Assembly: GCA_964106645.2 (NCBI GenBank)
Contig: OZ067042.1
Length of the DNA stretch: 64,000 nt
Strand: one strand, 5' to 3'
Origin: Podarcis pityusensis
Lineage: Eukaryota
Positions 38,801-52,600 of this stretch are shown piece after piece. The notes beneath the pieces are model-generated. The model saw nothing but the letters and a program-made list of their open reading frames with translations. It searched no databases and was not told the DNA's origin. The position numbers were made by a program, and so were the translations under genes. How positions within the stretch are numbered: position 1 is the first letter of the stretch; each line of letters begins with the position of its first letter.

Positions 38801-41800
38801 TTTCACAGGGGAACTGCCAGGATTGCATTTACTTTCTTCTTCCTTTAATTGCCATTGGCTGTACCTTTTTGTGAACTGTCTGTAACATCTTCTGCTCCCC
38901 CAACTGATAGAAGGCTAAGTGAATTGCTGTGTATTGCTTCTGACAGAAAATCTATTTTGGTTATAGGACTTTTGAAATAAACAAATATCTAACCATATAG
39001 AAATGAGTAGAGTGGATCACCTTTGTTATTCACCTCATCTAATGTCCACATATGAGCTCTGATGTGGGATCAGTTACTTAGAATAATAGAATTGTAGAGT
39101 TGGAAGGCACCCTTTGAAAATAGGAAGTGGGCGAAAGCTGACTATTCCTCTTTTCTTTAAATACTGTTAAGAATTTGAGTCAAATCTTTCTTGCACACAT
39201 AGGTTGGCAGCATCATGGCTTGATCTATCTGTTGCTGTCCTCTTTTTTTAGGCAGTATAAAGACAAGGAAGAAGAACACCAGAGTGGTTTTTTCTCAGCC
39301 TTGACCAACATGGTAAGGGGTGTGTGTGTGTGTGTGTGTGTTTGTTTGTGTTGTCAGTGTTTGCTGTGCCAGGGGCCCAGTCCAATGCTTGTAAAAGAAA
39401 ATGAAAATGACTTTCTTATATATGCTACATTAGGCTATGACTCTGATTCCCCTGAAAATATGTAGTGTCCATTTTACTTTAAGAATTGTGTGCCTGCTCA
39501 GCTTGAGGGAAAATTTCTATAGGTGCTAATGCTGTGCAATATTGCTTGTTTCCACAGGTGGGCAGCATGTTCATAGCTGATGCAGATGAGAAAATCTCCG
39601 TTCAGTAAGTGCACCCAGCAGATAGCAATTTGCTGCTTTGATTGAGGAGTATAAAATGCTATCCATTGCTGACATTTAACTTAAAAATATAAGGCAAGAG
39701 AAATTTAACTCTAGCTCAGCAGCCAGTACTAGAGATGGCAGCAGGCAGTCTGGTACATGAGTGAATTAGCAGAAGCTTTAGTCAGATGGTTAGGGTATAA
39801 CATTTCTATTCTTACGCACTGAAACTGGAATGGAAATGGGGGCAAATAGGAAGGAGGAGTTACCATACATGGCATTTGGATAACCATGTTTTTGAGCAGA
39901 TACAAGTAAATTATTTGACACTGATGACCACATCAGAAATTTTGCCACAGTCAAGCAAACAAAAACATTGTTGATGCCTGCAACCTTCTGGGGCCATACC
40001 TACCCTATGTGCTTAAAGTTGACCAGTTGGTTGTAGATGCTATGATCTTTCATTTGTTCTTAATATTCCTTCCTTCTTATTTGTGGCTGGGGATAACTAG
40101 AGCAGGGTGCTATATATGTGAAGTGCAATAAATAAATGTTAAGTGCTGCAATAAATTGGGGTGGACGACTACATTTGTATACAGTAAAAGTTGCCTTCTA
40201 TCAATACATATGGGGTATGTGTAGATTTTTGCTAGGTGTCTAGTGGGTTTGGAAGTCCTGGGCGGGGGGGGGGGGGTACCTTGCAAGGACCCAGCTTTTT
40301 TTTCTTTTTAAAATAATTTTTATTAAAGATTTCTTAGATTACAAAAATACATTTTTTCAAGTTGTGTTTTCTACAGATCAGTTACATTTGTTGTGAAACA
40401 TTAGTGTTGCATGCAGTATTAGACTGGGAAGAAAAGAGGGGGAGGGAGGAATGGTGTGTGGTGTGGGGTGGCGATGCTTCTATTATTCTACTTAGTGTAT
40501 GTGTGGGGTTTTGTGTCAGCGTCACATGTGTGGGTTCTCTTTCTATTCGCTTGTTATGCTTCCTTGGTAGTAAGAGAGGTTGGTTGTCTTTGGTTGGCTG
40601 TAGTGAGATTTGTTTATGTGTGAGAGGGTGGGTTTTTGAGGGACCCAGCTTTCTAATATAAATATGCCTTTGTTTGTCAGTCTGGGTATCCAAAATTGCT
40701 GGGTAGTAAGGGCGGGGGAAGTGACCCATTATTTTACACTCATTTACTGCAGCCCATCTTTTTCTCTTACCTTTTTTTTGTAGAACCAATGAGGCTATCC
40801 TTTTGGCTCTTTATGAAGCTGTTCACTTGAACCGAAACTTCATCACTGTGTTGGCACAGGTGGGATGAAATTCCTTTTTCTGCAGCTGAGGATTGGAATG
40901 CAAACTAAAATAGCTTCAGCATGCTGGAGATAGCTGTGCCAATGGACCTTGGAGCTCTTCCTGCCTTTTGTCAGATGTGGTGTTCTGCCACAATCGTTTG
41001 TTCACTTGGTGGTCTGCCACAAGAAGCAGGCTTTCTTCTGAATTTGATGGCTTAGGGAACAAATGCACAATGCTTATTTGTTTCTTTCTGTTACCCCACC
41101 CCCCCAATCTGAGTACTGTATGGACTCCGAGCCCTGAGGGTGAGATTCAGACTAGTTTATTACTGAAATGATCCTGAAGCAAGATGTGATAGGTCCCTGG
41201 CGACTACCAAGTGAGGAAGGATGCTTCAGGCTAGTTTAAAACTGGAGGATTGTTTGTGCAGTATTTGCATACCAAATGGCTCTTCTTTTATCCTAGTCTT
41301 CCTCAGGTTAAATGTACATTGGTGGGAATCAGCACTCTGCAGGCAAGGATAGCTAGTCCTGAAACAAGAAAGCTTTACCTCACTTGGGCCTGGGAAGGCA
41401 GAAATTGCTTTGGTCCCCTAGATTTAAGGGTATTAAATTGTTCTGACCATCAACTACAGTCGAAACCTGCTCTATACTTTTTTCCTACGCATAAGGTCTT
41501 TTGAATGTTGCTTTCAATCTCTGGCCATTCTTTTTAATTTAATCTATCAGTAGTAAAAAGCCTTCTGCCCTCTTAAAGGTTACTGGCATGGCTGTGGCAT
41601 TTCCAGTCATCACTGCTCCTTGGTTTGTGCTCTTGTAATATTCTCTAGAGCTGCATATGTTTTGGCTTTCTTCTGCATGTTGGCGCTTGTGAAAAGCTGA
41701 GTTTTAATTTTTCTGCTTGTGCAGTTCTTGCAGGATTGGCTTCTGTTCTGGAGTGCAGTAAATGTAGTGGTATTTTATTTAATTAAGTTTGCATCAATTG

Positions 41801-41801
41801 G

Positions 41802-41833
<32 letters not shown>

Positions 41834-44800
41834 TAGCATACAGAACAGGGCTACTTTTCATGTGTGTTTGCTGGTATTGGGCCCACAGCTAAAACTTGTG
41901 TAATTCATATGTGTTTAAGTTGTTTTGCTCATATTGTACATGTGCACAGGCTGGAGACTATAGAGCAGAGCTAAACAGGGAGGGTATATGTTGGTTTACT
42001 AGATTTTTCGTCGATCTATTGGGGAGTTGTCCCATGCACAAAATTACATTGATAGATGTGTTTTAGAAATGAGGTGCCGATGTGCTGCTGCTAGGTGGTG
42101 CTGTTATCCCTTAGCTGGCTCGGGAGTTATAAAACCTTATTATAGCAGCATGCAGTCGTTTTATTGCATGGAAATAGAGTTGCTTGCCTGTAATATTTTC
42201 AATGGGCTGTATGTTTCAAAGCTTGCCCTAGAGATGGCTTTCTGAAATTGGGTCTACAACCATTGGCGATGTGCTCTCTTACAAAATGGGCTGGTAAGAG
42301 CCCATTAATAAACCAGACTTTCTAGATCTCTGCCATGGCAGACCCCTATGTGAACTTCCATGAAACGTTGTGCAGTTAAAAACAGATTGGTAGTTCTAGA
42401 ACACATTTCAAATCATTGCTCTGCTTGTTGCCGAGAGAACATTTGAAGATGCATTGATATGAAAGGCGTACTCTGAAACAGACTTCATTACTTCACTGTT
42501 GGATATGAAATAGAATAGTATGAAACCTTGCCTGTTCCCGTGAATGCCAGTGATACAAATGGAACCCTATGGAGAATAAAGTTAAATCAGAAATTAGATT
42601 GGGGGGGAGGGGGCTGCTGGCTGAGATGAAATGCAGAGAAGAACTAGTAGAAGAAGGCCGGGGGAAATTTGTAACTGCATTATTATTTATGCAGCCCTGT
42701 CCTCTGGAGGCACCTGGGTTAAGCAGCTGGGTAGCAACGTGATGCACTGACTTGCTCTTTAAGGAGAAATACATTAAGATAAGAACTATAAGGACAGGAG
42801 GAAAATGCTGCTTAAGCAGCAACTCTGTATTTTGTAGGGTGTGAGAAAGAGAACGTCCCCCAAATGGTGCTGTCAATTCAATTGTTACAAAATGGTGAAA
42901 GGCTGAATGGGGGCACTTTCCAAGTTTTTCTATTACAAACACCAACGCACAGATTTCTGTAGGGATTGTAGGTCTCATCAGGTTTATCAATGCTGAGCTT
43001 GGAATGAGGGTGCAGCAAACAAAACTTACGTAGTACGGTATGGGCCACGTGGAACAGAACTGATCTACATGTGTTTGGTTCCTAGAGTCATCCTGAAATT
43101 GGTTTGGTGACAATGCCAGTAAGCCCAACGACTCCGACAACTCCAGTCACTCCTCTTGGGACCACACCACCTTCTTCTGACGGTGAGCTCTTCTGCATAT
43201 GCTCCAGTTGCCTGCATCTTGATGTGTTTATACCCTGGGAAACAGAGCAATTGTCCTCACTTTGTCCAAAGAAAACTTAAGCTTTTGTAGTTCAAAGCCA
43301 AGGTTTTCAATACATCTGGAACCCGACCAAGTGTAAGAATGAATCATAGCATGATGGCTTCATGTGGCTGGATCATAAACTGACCCCAAATGAGATTTCC
43401 CCTGGATCTGTTTTTATGATGTGGGAAGGCAGTTGTCCTTGGTAAACAGGAGGACAATACACAGTTGCATGAGCAAAGTTGTGGGTAGTTATCCTGGGGA
43501 AAATAGCATCAATTGTCTATACTGGACCTCACGGTTTCCCTGTGTATGTGTGTGTGCTGACTTCTTTATGCGTCACAGATGGTTTAATGGCAGAATGTGA
43601 AGAGCTTGAATAGAGCTCAGTTTGTAAGCATCTCTGGGTGAGAGCAGTGTGTGTTACCCTCTTGTCGCTGCTATTCAGGTCACTCTGATATCCTAGCAGA
43701 AGAGCATTCTTCTCTGGGAGGATAAATTCTTCTTGGTTGCCATGGATATCAAAAGCCTCCGTTTAAAAAAAATCATGTCTTCTACCTCTGCATATGTATT
43801 CCATATGATGCTGAGGGTTGGGAGCTGCTTAGGCTTTCTTTCAAATTGTTCACTGCAAATGTATCCGCCCACACACTTTTTTAAAAATATACAGCAGGCA
43901 GAATTTGTGCTTACCTTCATCTCTCTCTGTCTTTCACAGACGGCTGCAGACAGGCATAGTGAGCGCCGCCTTCCTACTGCTGGGAGGTTGATTAACAATA
44001 GTAGAGTAATTTAAATCTTGACCTGCATTACTACCGTTAAAGGTCTTTCTCACTGTTGCTTTTTATTTCTCCTTTGTCCTTTTAGTAATCATGAGCATGA
44101 GTTTGCTTTGCTCCCAAGATTTCTGGCTCATTCTTTTTTAATTTTTTTTTTTTAAGCATGCCAGGATTACTCCACCTCCTCAGGCCTTGCAATTTAGTAA
44201 TCATTGACTCACAATTGGCAGTATACTACTTCAAAGTGGAAGGTCACTTTTCCTTTTGGTTTGCCTCAAAAGGACTTTGTTAAGCCCCCCAGCCCATGTA
44301 GTTCTGGGTTCTTTACCAGCAACTGGAGTTTGCAAACAGGCTTACAGTCCGAAACCACTTCCTCTGCATCTTGCTTGTGACATGGACTAAATACCATTTT
44401 CAAGTTTTTTTAAAATAAAAAACCCACGCTTTCTTTCATGAAAGGGTCAAGGCTGCAGGGGTTGAGCTATGATAAATAGTAACTTTCTACACAGTGATTT
44501 AAAAAGAAAAGAAAAGAAAATGACCTACCTTTTCCTGCTTTTGCGTGAACTGTGTCTAAGGTGACTGTCACCATGGTTATCCTAAGTGCTGATTTTGCTG
44601 GCTGCTGTTAAATATTCATTCCCGGTGTGCATCATAGCAGCTCCAGAAGGATCCATTATAGTTGCTGAATACATATTAGTTAAATCACTGAGTGGATTAG
44701 TGCTACTTTGGGGAGGTTGTATAGTTCTGCTGGTAGAGGGAACAGCTGAGCTGAGGGCCCTGTTAGCAGTGAGCTGAGAACAGCTTTCTTGCCTGTTAAA

Positions 44801-47800
44801 TGTGGAGGAATGACCCACTGGACAAGCTACATAACTGGGCTGACCTCTCTGAAACTGTCATATTCTCATGATTTCTCTTTGGGTGTCCCAGAAGTGAAGG
44901 CAGCAAGACCTGTGTTGGGCTGGCAATACATATTACTTGGCCATTATATTACAAGGCATTGATCGGGAACTTGTGGATGTCCAAATGTTGTTGGACTCCC
45001 ATCATTTTTAACTGTGCTGGCTGGGACTGATGGGGAGTTCAATATCTGCTGGGACCACAAGTCCTCCATCCCTGTTTTAAGGGCTTAAGTGTTCTTGTTT
45101 TTGTTTAAACCCAGCAGTGTCCTCTGCTAGAAATGCCTCCACTCCAGAAAAGACACATAAGACTTTGCTGTGCTGGTGATCATTAAATGGAAGGGAAAGG
45201 CTTATGGACATCCAAGCCTTGCAATGCTGTTAATGACCAAAGAAATGCACATCCTTCCTGGAAGCAGCAGAGATGTGGGGGGAGGAAGCTACTGTATTGA
45301 GCTTGAACTGAAGCTTGACATCAGGGTTCTTGTCCCATACTTAGATGGCAACCTTTTGAGCAGTAGTGGAAAAGTATGTACGGATATTGCAAGGAAGAGA
45401 ATGGAGAATTATGCAAATCCCAGAGAACAGAGTCCAGTCCTTCTCTTTCTCTTGTTCCTGCTCCTTCCCTCAGTGATTTGGCCCTTTCTCTCTCCCCACC
45501 TTCCTGTCAAAGGGAGCTGCAAAGTTGATGTGGATCCCACCCCCCCCCCCCCGTCAAAAGGAGTCGTGTAGCTGACTCGGATCCCGGTCTCGCCTGCCTC
45601 CCTTCCCCCCTGTCAAAGGGAGCAGCGCAGCTGATGCAAATCCTAATTGTGCCTGTCCCCCCCCCCCCAATTGTCAGAGCGACCCAGCACCAGGGCCGCC
45701 GCTGCAGCCGGGCCAGGCGGCAAGCGAGCAGGCAAGGAATGTTGCCGCCCCCTGCCCCCATAAGCAGGCCGTGGTGGCGGGACCCAGTGCTTGCGGGGGG
45801 GGGGCGACATTCCTTGCCCATTTTATTTATTCCCGCGATTCACCAGGATCTACTGGTCGATCACAGTCGACAGGTTGCACATGTCTGACCTACAACAAGT
45901 GGAGAGCTACAGGTTAGCCAAGTGTGAGTTAGGGCCATGCCTGCAGAATAGGATATTAAGCAGGGTGGCAAAAACACTACAAAAATGTGCTTTTATTGGA
46001 GTATTTCCTGTGGCGTTGGTTGTGGATGGTCTTACCACATTGCGGAATTGGGGAGTTGAACCAATGAACGTTATTTTTTATTGACATCAGGACTGGTAGT
46101 GGTACTGCCTGGGACTATAGAAAGTTATGAACAGAAATACCTGTAAGACTGGATGTTTCCATAACAGAGGCATCCTCTTTACCTCCACTGGGAGAGCTTT
46201 CGAAACTTTGTGCTGGTGATTAGCAAATCTTATCTGACCTTTCCTAGTTATAAGCACCGTGGAGCTGCCTCTGGATGCCGACGTGCAGACCAGCAACCTG
46301 CTGATAACTTTCTTAAAGTACAGCTCCATTGTAATGCAGGACACCAAAGGTAAGCATTTGTGTTGACACAGCTTTACATTTCAGAAATTTGCTGGAGGGT
46401 GGGGGGAAAGGGGATGTTGCTAGTTGGTCTGTATACAAAAATCTACCTGGACTCCCCGTGGAGATGAAAGTGGTTCACGCTGAGAGAATGAGCTGGTTTC
46501 TCATTGCCAGATGGCAATTACTGGATACTAGGGAGCCCTGGCGCTGAAGGGAGGGAAACCAAATATAGAATAAGAAAAACTGTAGTTCATAACCGCCGGA
46601 GGAGTCTCAGCATGGCCTCCCTACGAGGCAAAGCGCATCCAATTTTCAGCTATATCGAGGGAGGCGGCAGAGGCTTCAATGCATAGAGTATGGCATTTCT
46701 AAGAGTGCCCAAGAGGAGCAGCGCAAAACAGAGCTCTGGATGAACCTCTATGTATCATATTTCCTGACTGGCAAAGGTAGCTTGATGTGGGCTGGTGAAG
46801 GAAGGCTCTGCTGAGTGGGCAAGAAGCTTTGACTTTCTTCATAAAGTGGGTGATAATTGGGTCGTGCATGGGTTTAGGTAGTCTGCCTACATCATGGTTT
46901 CATAAATCACAGTGCCTTGTACGTTGGCATGTTTTCTTTCCTCTGTATTTTAACCTTTTGCAGACCATTTGTATCACAAGATAGGAATTTCTGGCATTAG
47001 TCCACTACATTTTGCTTAGTGTCCCATTTTTGGCAACATGCAGAAATAATCTCCTGAAGAGTTTAAGAGAGAATTGTAGCTATTCCCTACCTCCCACCCT
47101 TGACTAGAGTCATTTGGTCCTTTTTAAATTTCCATTACAGTTTATGTAGCTAAGTGTGAAGACATTAAGCAGCACAATGCAACTTTTTGTTATAATTCCT
47201 TTGTAACATCCTGCAACAGCAATTTTAGCTGGGCCTGGGTTCTTTTAAATTCAACAAAATGTATCTTCTGAGAAGACAATTACATTGACTCCCCCTTTAA
47301 AAATATTTGAGATTACTTTTAAATTCTTTCTCTTTTCAGGTTTTTTAAGCAGAGCATAATTAGTGTTCTAGGTTAATCTTTCTAACGTGTAGATGGCTGA
47401 AAAATTGAATGCTGTCCGTTAAGGATATTAATTGTTAGTTCACCTCTACCAATGCTCAGTTAACATTTTATGAATTAATTCCCCTAGTTGTTACTCTCAT
47501 TTGGTGTTATCTGTTAATGTTTCCTGGTTCTGACTTTTCCTTGGCTTGAGATAGAGAAGAAAGCTCCAATCAGGTAGCCGCTGCCTGCATAGAAATGGCA
47601 TGGTAGCAGAACCTCCCTCTCCCTGTCACCTCGTCTATTACCTAGGACCAAAGTCGGTATCTACACCGGGGTAGCTGTGTCATTTTTATAATGTACTTAT
47701 GGTTTATAAAGAGGAGTAAGATGTGCTTATACTAAAGTACTGCTCTGTGCAGCTGCAGATCCATACCCAATGATGTGCTGTTGAACATACTGCATCACTT

Positions 47801-49568
47801 GCAGTATGAGTAATCTAAAGAGCAAATGCTCAGTATAGAAAAGTAATGCCTGGCATGTAATCCCAAAGGAAACACGACTGTGGCCACAATGTCTTGCAGT
47901 GAAAAGATAACAAGGCTCCAGAGTACTGGGGCTTTCTTTTTAAATTGGTAACACACGTGGCCTCAAGGGATGGCAATGTTTAAATGTACTTGTGTGCCAT
48001 TGTCCTTTACATGTACCCACAGAACTGGTTTGGGTGTCATGAAAAGCCATGCTTTATTGTGATGGGAACGGGTTTCAGCAAGTACATGGGCTTGCATGTG
48101 CTCTCTTCCCCTCCTTTTGTACCATGGCTGCAGAGAGGAGATTAGAAGCTTTTTCTTCCATTTCGATCAATCATAGCTTGTTGTTTTACCTATACGTGAA
48201 AACTGGTTCATCTTAAATAAATATGTATTAAAAACAAGCCAGATTCATAACCATGGGTTATAAGCTACCTTGTTTGAACAATTCTTATTTGAGATTAATC
48301 ATAGTTTTAGATTTGGACATAATGCAGATTGCCGTTAATCAACAGCTTCCAATTTCCTCATTATGGTTGCATCAGAGAAAGACGTAAGATGTGATCTGAT
48401 AGCTTCCTTTGGCTTGTTCCTGGCATGATAAACGATGGCTTATTGTGATGTCCAAAGCTGCCCACAGTTTTGAGGCTTTCACGTTTATCTTTTTTAAAAT
48501 GACTCTTTGTCCCTAGTGAGCAGAGTTAACAATTGGATCCATGTCAAGGCTGCCCACCACTCTTCAAGGCTCTTCATTGTTAGCCAGAAAATCCATCTCA
48601 TTGTAAAAGGCTTTATGAGGCCAAAAGAGGATGATAAGAGCTCTGCTAGATCAGAATGAAGGCCCATCTTGTCTACCAAGTGGCCAACCAGATGCCGATG
48701 GGAAGCCAGCAAATAGGACTTGAGTGCAACAGCATTTTCCGTGCCTATGATTCCCAGCATCTGGTATACAGAGGCATATTACCTGTGACCGTGAAGGTAG
48801 ACTATAGCTATCATGTCTAGCAGCCTTTAGTAGCCCTAAATTCCAGTGCTATTTTGCTAGAAAAAAGGTTCCAGAGCTAGGCGTGATGATAGGGAAGAGA
48901 AGAATGATGGGAGTTGTAGTCCAACAGCATCTGGAGGGCCACAGGTTACCCCACCTTAACGATAGGCTCTGGGACAAGAAATATTTCTGTACTAATAGTA
49001 AGTCTAGTGGCTGTGTTACATAGACACAGTGGAAAAGATTAACATCAAAGATGTAAAGAGAGACTATGAAACCAGGATTAATAGCACAAGCTTTATTACA
49101 GATCTTTGGAGGTCTTACAGTTTCTTGTCTAGGGTAACAACTTTGAGCGTAGAGCTGAAATGCTACTGATGCCTCACCTCTTGCTCTGCTTTTTCTGCTT
49201 CCTGATTCACCTATTGACCCTTTGGCACATCAAGGTATAAGTGGCTCATGTGGGACCTGCTGTTTTTCATTTGCAGATGAACACCGGCTCCACAGTGGCA
49301 AGCTCTGTCTGATTATCCTGACCTGCATAGCAGAGGTAAGCCCCGCTGCTGGTGTCCTGTATCTCATTTACATATGCATTAACCTCTAGCCTGTGACCTG
49401 GCGCTAAGCCTGCATTCCTAGCCCTCCTTTCTTTAGGAAGTCGAATGATAACTAATGCGGTATTTATAGTTAACCGTGTGCTGATGGTCAGCTTCCCAAA
49501 CAAATCATTCCCTTTTGTCCATTACTTTTATTCTGATACTGAATGTTTGGAGCAGTAAACATGAGAGA

Positions 49569-49602
<34 letters not shown>

Positions 49603-52600
49603 ACTTATGTGTGTATGTGTATATACTTCTGCAGAAGGCACTTGACACAGGTCGTCTAGGAAGTGATACATGATTACACATTGGTGCTTTCCAGTCTCCT
49701 AGAGGAGTCCCATTTTTCTATTGGAAAAAGTATATTTGTTCAAGTGCCAGCTAATAGTTGGGGTTCTGTTTTGTTTAGCATTAAAGCAAGACCCTTCTGC
49801 CCTACAGCAGCTCATTCTGCATCAATGCCACCCAGAATCTTGGTTTTTAAAGTTTCAAGAGGCCATGAATTCCTATTATTTCCGTTGCATTATTATTTTA
49901 AAGTGGTATTTCAGGAGGCCATGAATTCCTATTATTTCCATTTCATTATTATTATTATTTATTTATTTTTTAAAAACCCTCAGCAATTAGCTGCTGTTGA
50001 TATCACCTAAGCTTACTTGAGAGGAATGTAGGTAGTAGAAGACAGAGTTATCGTCTGCTTTCAACCAGGGCAATGTTTGACTGTGGAATTCAAGGAGAGC
50101 AAATTTGTTGCCATAGAACATAGAACATGATTTGATTTAGAATTGAAGCTAAAATGAAAGCTGACTGAGGCTGCTGAGCCATCTTCCAGCAGCTCAAGCT
50201 GTAATAACTCCAGTGACAATGAGTCCATTGGAATGTCGCCATAAAGCTTTCTATATACATTATTGTAAAGAAGCTTCTTTGTGAATTCTGCAGAGTGCAT
50301 TACAATTTTCCTGACACTTTCCTGCAGAGATGAACATCAGAAGGAAGCGTCAAAATGCATCCAGTTTTTTGTGGGGTTTTTGAGCTGGGCTAGTCATCCG
50401 TATGGAGAATCTGCATAAAAGTATAATTTAAAAGCACGCTTAAAAACATAATAAAAAGACTGATAATTACCAGTAGTTATCTGTATAATATTTACTTGGC
50501 AGTTTTGCAAGTGTTTACCTTTCAGGACAGTGCTACCTTTCACGACTGTAGTGTTTTTTCTTCCTTAATAGGACCAGTATGCTAATGCTTTTCTGCATGA
50601 TGACAACATGAATTTTCGAGTAAACCTCCACAGAATGGTGAGTCTTTCTCATTAAGTGCCTTGGTTTACCAGACTGGTGTGGACTCTTAAATTGGGTATC
50701 ATTCATGCATAGTGATGCTTCCAAATATATGAAAACCTACATAATGTGGAGTGCCTGGCGTGCTCTGGTCCATGGGGTTACGAAGAGTCGGACACAACTA
50801 AACGACTAAACAACAACAACAACTTAATGTGGATTAAACACACTTTAATAATATGTTTAAATAATTGAGATAACAGAATTTTGAAATGTAATTCTAGTGT
50901 GTTAGAATATCATAAATTAATCCTGAAAAGACCCATATTAACATAAGGTTTCAAAAATGCACATCTCTCATAGGGTCACTTATGATTTCTATTTAGCTCA
51001 TGCATAAAATTGTCTTTTCTTTTTTGTCATGGCCCCTTAACTTCAGACACCAATGGTCATATCGGTTATCTGACTGTGAAAATCTTCTCTTCCTGACTTG
51101 TAGATAAAACATCATAGCCAATGATTGTATGAAAATCTGCTACCTAGCTCAGTATTTTTTTCTCTGGCAGTGATGTTTATGGACATGGTGTTGAAGGACA
51201 CAATAGGAGGTACAGCCTATCTAAAACCCAGCCTACAGATACCCTAGTCTTTGCTTATAGCCAAATCAGTAAAGTGACCAATGAGACTGTGTGGAATGGG
51301 AGAGGGGGAAAGCCATCCCTTTGGGCAGCAGTTTTATTTGCATGGAAAGCATTTGAGATAATGTATCTTGGGTGTCCCTGCTCCATGCCACATGACTATT
51401 TTATCTCCATGTGTTTTGAAGCCTATGAGACACAGAAAGAAAGCTGCTGACAAGAACCTTCCCTGTCGGCCTCTGGTTTGCGCAGTGCTGGGTAAGTGTA
51501 CTTACTAGATTTGGTCAGCAGCTGTTCCAAAGATCGGTGTGTGTGTGTGTGTGTGTGTGTGTAGATTTATTTATTTAATTTGTATATCATTCTTCATTTA
51601 TAGATCTCAGAGCAGTTCACAACATGAAAATACAAGATAAAAACATAAAATACATAAGAACAAAACAAGAACAGAAAAACCCAGGCGAACCAATAACCCC
51701 CCTACTCCCTCCCACAAATACATTTAAAAGGGTATAGGATGTTAATCAGCCAAAGGGCTGGTTGAAGAGAAATGTTTTTGCCTGGTGCCCTAAGGCATAT
51801 AATGAAGATGCCAGCCGAACCTCCCTCAGGAGAACATTCCTCAGTACTTTGCCAGCTAGGCATTAATTCTAAAATGTATTTCATTTACCAGTATGGCATC
51901 TTCTTGCCTCTTCTCTGCCTGCCCCTTTACTTACTTTGGGCAAGGAGAAAAGCGAGTCTTTATAAATAAATCATAACTGAAATTGGCTGCAGAGTAATGG
52001 AACACATTTGTTCCAAAGAGTTTCAGAAGCTAATGGAATACTGTTTTGCCAACTTTCCTTAGCTGGATAATGCACTAAAATCTAACATATTAGTGCTGCA
52101 CATAAATAAAATTAACTGCTGATGACTTTAAATAAGAAGCTGGATGAGCCGGTGTGGATAATTGAATATAAGAATTCTTTGGGTTCCGCTCTACTCTACA
52201 GTTCTTTGAAAATTGGTAGGAAAGACAGGCAAATATTGGCAAAAGTGTCTGGGTCACCTTGTCCACTCTGGAAAACATTGACTCAAGGCCAGAAATAGAA
52301 ATTGAATATTTCTGAAACTGTGTGATGCCATTAGACTTTATTGACTCAGTGACACAGGAACAATTTAAGCTATGATTGAGACCCTGTCAGATTTATTGTG
52401 CTTTGGAACATGCTCCATAGATGTAAAGCACCATTTTGTATCTCATTATCTAGTGTGAAATAAATATGGCCCCCTGTCATAGCAAATTTCTGAAACTTGT
52501 TTTTTGCAGGAATTTTCTACCAGTGGCGAGATTTGAAATAAGTAGAATTCTAGCCCTTAAAAGTAGCTTTTGATATGGATGATAAGGGGAAAGTTGGACA

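Noticed and set aside
42493-43140. 215-aa minus-strand ORF overlapping ARMH3 coding exon 13
   Set aside because: Non-ATG start, no domain, antisense intronic sequence
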